64,000 nucleotides of DNA from contig OZ059899.1 of assembly GCA_964057225.1 (NCBI GenBank), positions 11,656,001-11,720,000 of the forward strand, given 5' to 3'. The stretch comes from Auanema rhodensis (taxonomy: Eukaryota; Animalia; Nematoda). The notes under the pieces are model-generated. The model was given only the letters and a program-made list of their open reading frames with translations, was not told the DNA's origin and made no database searches. Below, in pieces: positions 63,453 through 64,000 of this stretch. The position numbers and the translations under genes are program-made. The first letter of the stretch is position 1. Each line of letters opens with the position of its first letter.

Positions 63453-64000
63453 ATGTCTTGGTTGTGGGGTGGTTCATCCAGTTCTTCGGAACCTGCACAA
63501 TCTAATAATCTAGATGTATCCAGTTCTGCCATAGACATGAGCGCAGGAATTGATTTCAGCTCATCAACAAGTAATATGAGCGTAAGTTTTTGCTTATTAT
63601 CGTTTTCTATTTTTTAAAATTATTTTAGCAATCACAAGCTGAAACAAGTGATCCATTTTCTACCCCCGTTCTCGCCTTAGACCAGATTAAGCATGCTGGA
63701 GTACCTGTAACTAGACAAATGGCTCCATATTTGCAGGTATATTCAATTATATTATACTCTAGGTTTACGTTATATTATAGATGGATCCTTCAATTTTTGT
63801 TTCATCAGCTCCACAATATGTTATGCCCGACGGCGGTGTAACAGGTTTGCACTATATTTAAAAGTTGACTCTTAAATATATCAAAATTTACAGGAAAAGG
63901 AAAATTTGAGTTTGCATTAGGGCATATAGGTTGGGCTGTTGCTGGTGGTTTTGGAGTAGGATGTGCAAGAGGTGCTTTTGGTGAATTCTTTAATAAAGAA
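63453..64000 (+). CDS. timm-23: Mitochondrial inner membrane translocase Tim23, 5' partial
   Basis: MSWLWGGSSS...RQMAPYLQMDPSIF...QYVMPDGGVTGKGKFEFALGHIGWAVAGGFGVGCARG; runs off the window. Confidence 0.9.

Overview
AT-rich genomic DNA from a rhabditid (clade V-type) nematode, with mostly ~45-55 nt introns; I cannot identify the species. Gene order: 3' part of the classical cadherin hmr-1 (+; long B isoform entering through a >8 kb intron, short A isoform starting inside a B exon in another frame), a decayed gene with a 417-bp direct duplication, a GT92/DUF23 glycosyltransferase (-), FoxF let-381 (-), a small orphan gene (-), a large doublecortin + IQ + multi-PLAT ciliary gene with RFX X-boxes (+), a tandem PH-like orphan (-), protein kinase D dkf-1 (+), Spindly spdl-1 (+), APC apr-1 (-), METTL17 (+), an internally deleted mariner element, a PRELI/MSF1 gene (-) and timm-23 (+, runs off the window). 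The strongest unexplained signal is that several of the rare long introns carry sense-strand, G.U-containing complementarity that folds them end to end. The clearest case is a 28-bp duplex that shortens a 619-nt intron to about 58 nt of effective length. All family calls, folds and counts were made by eye and from memory of C. elegans proteins; no searches or folding programs were run.
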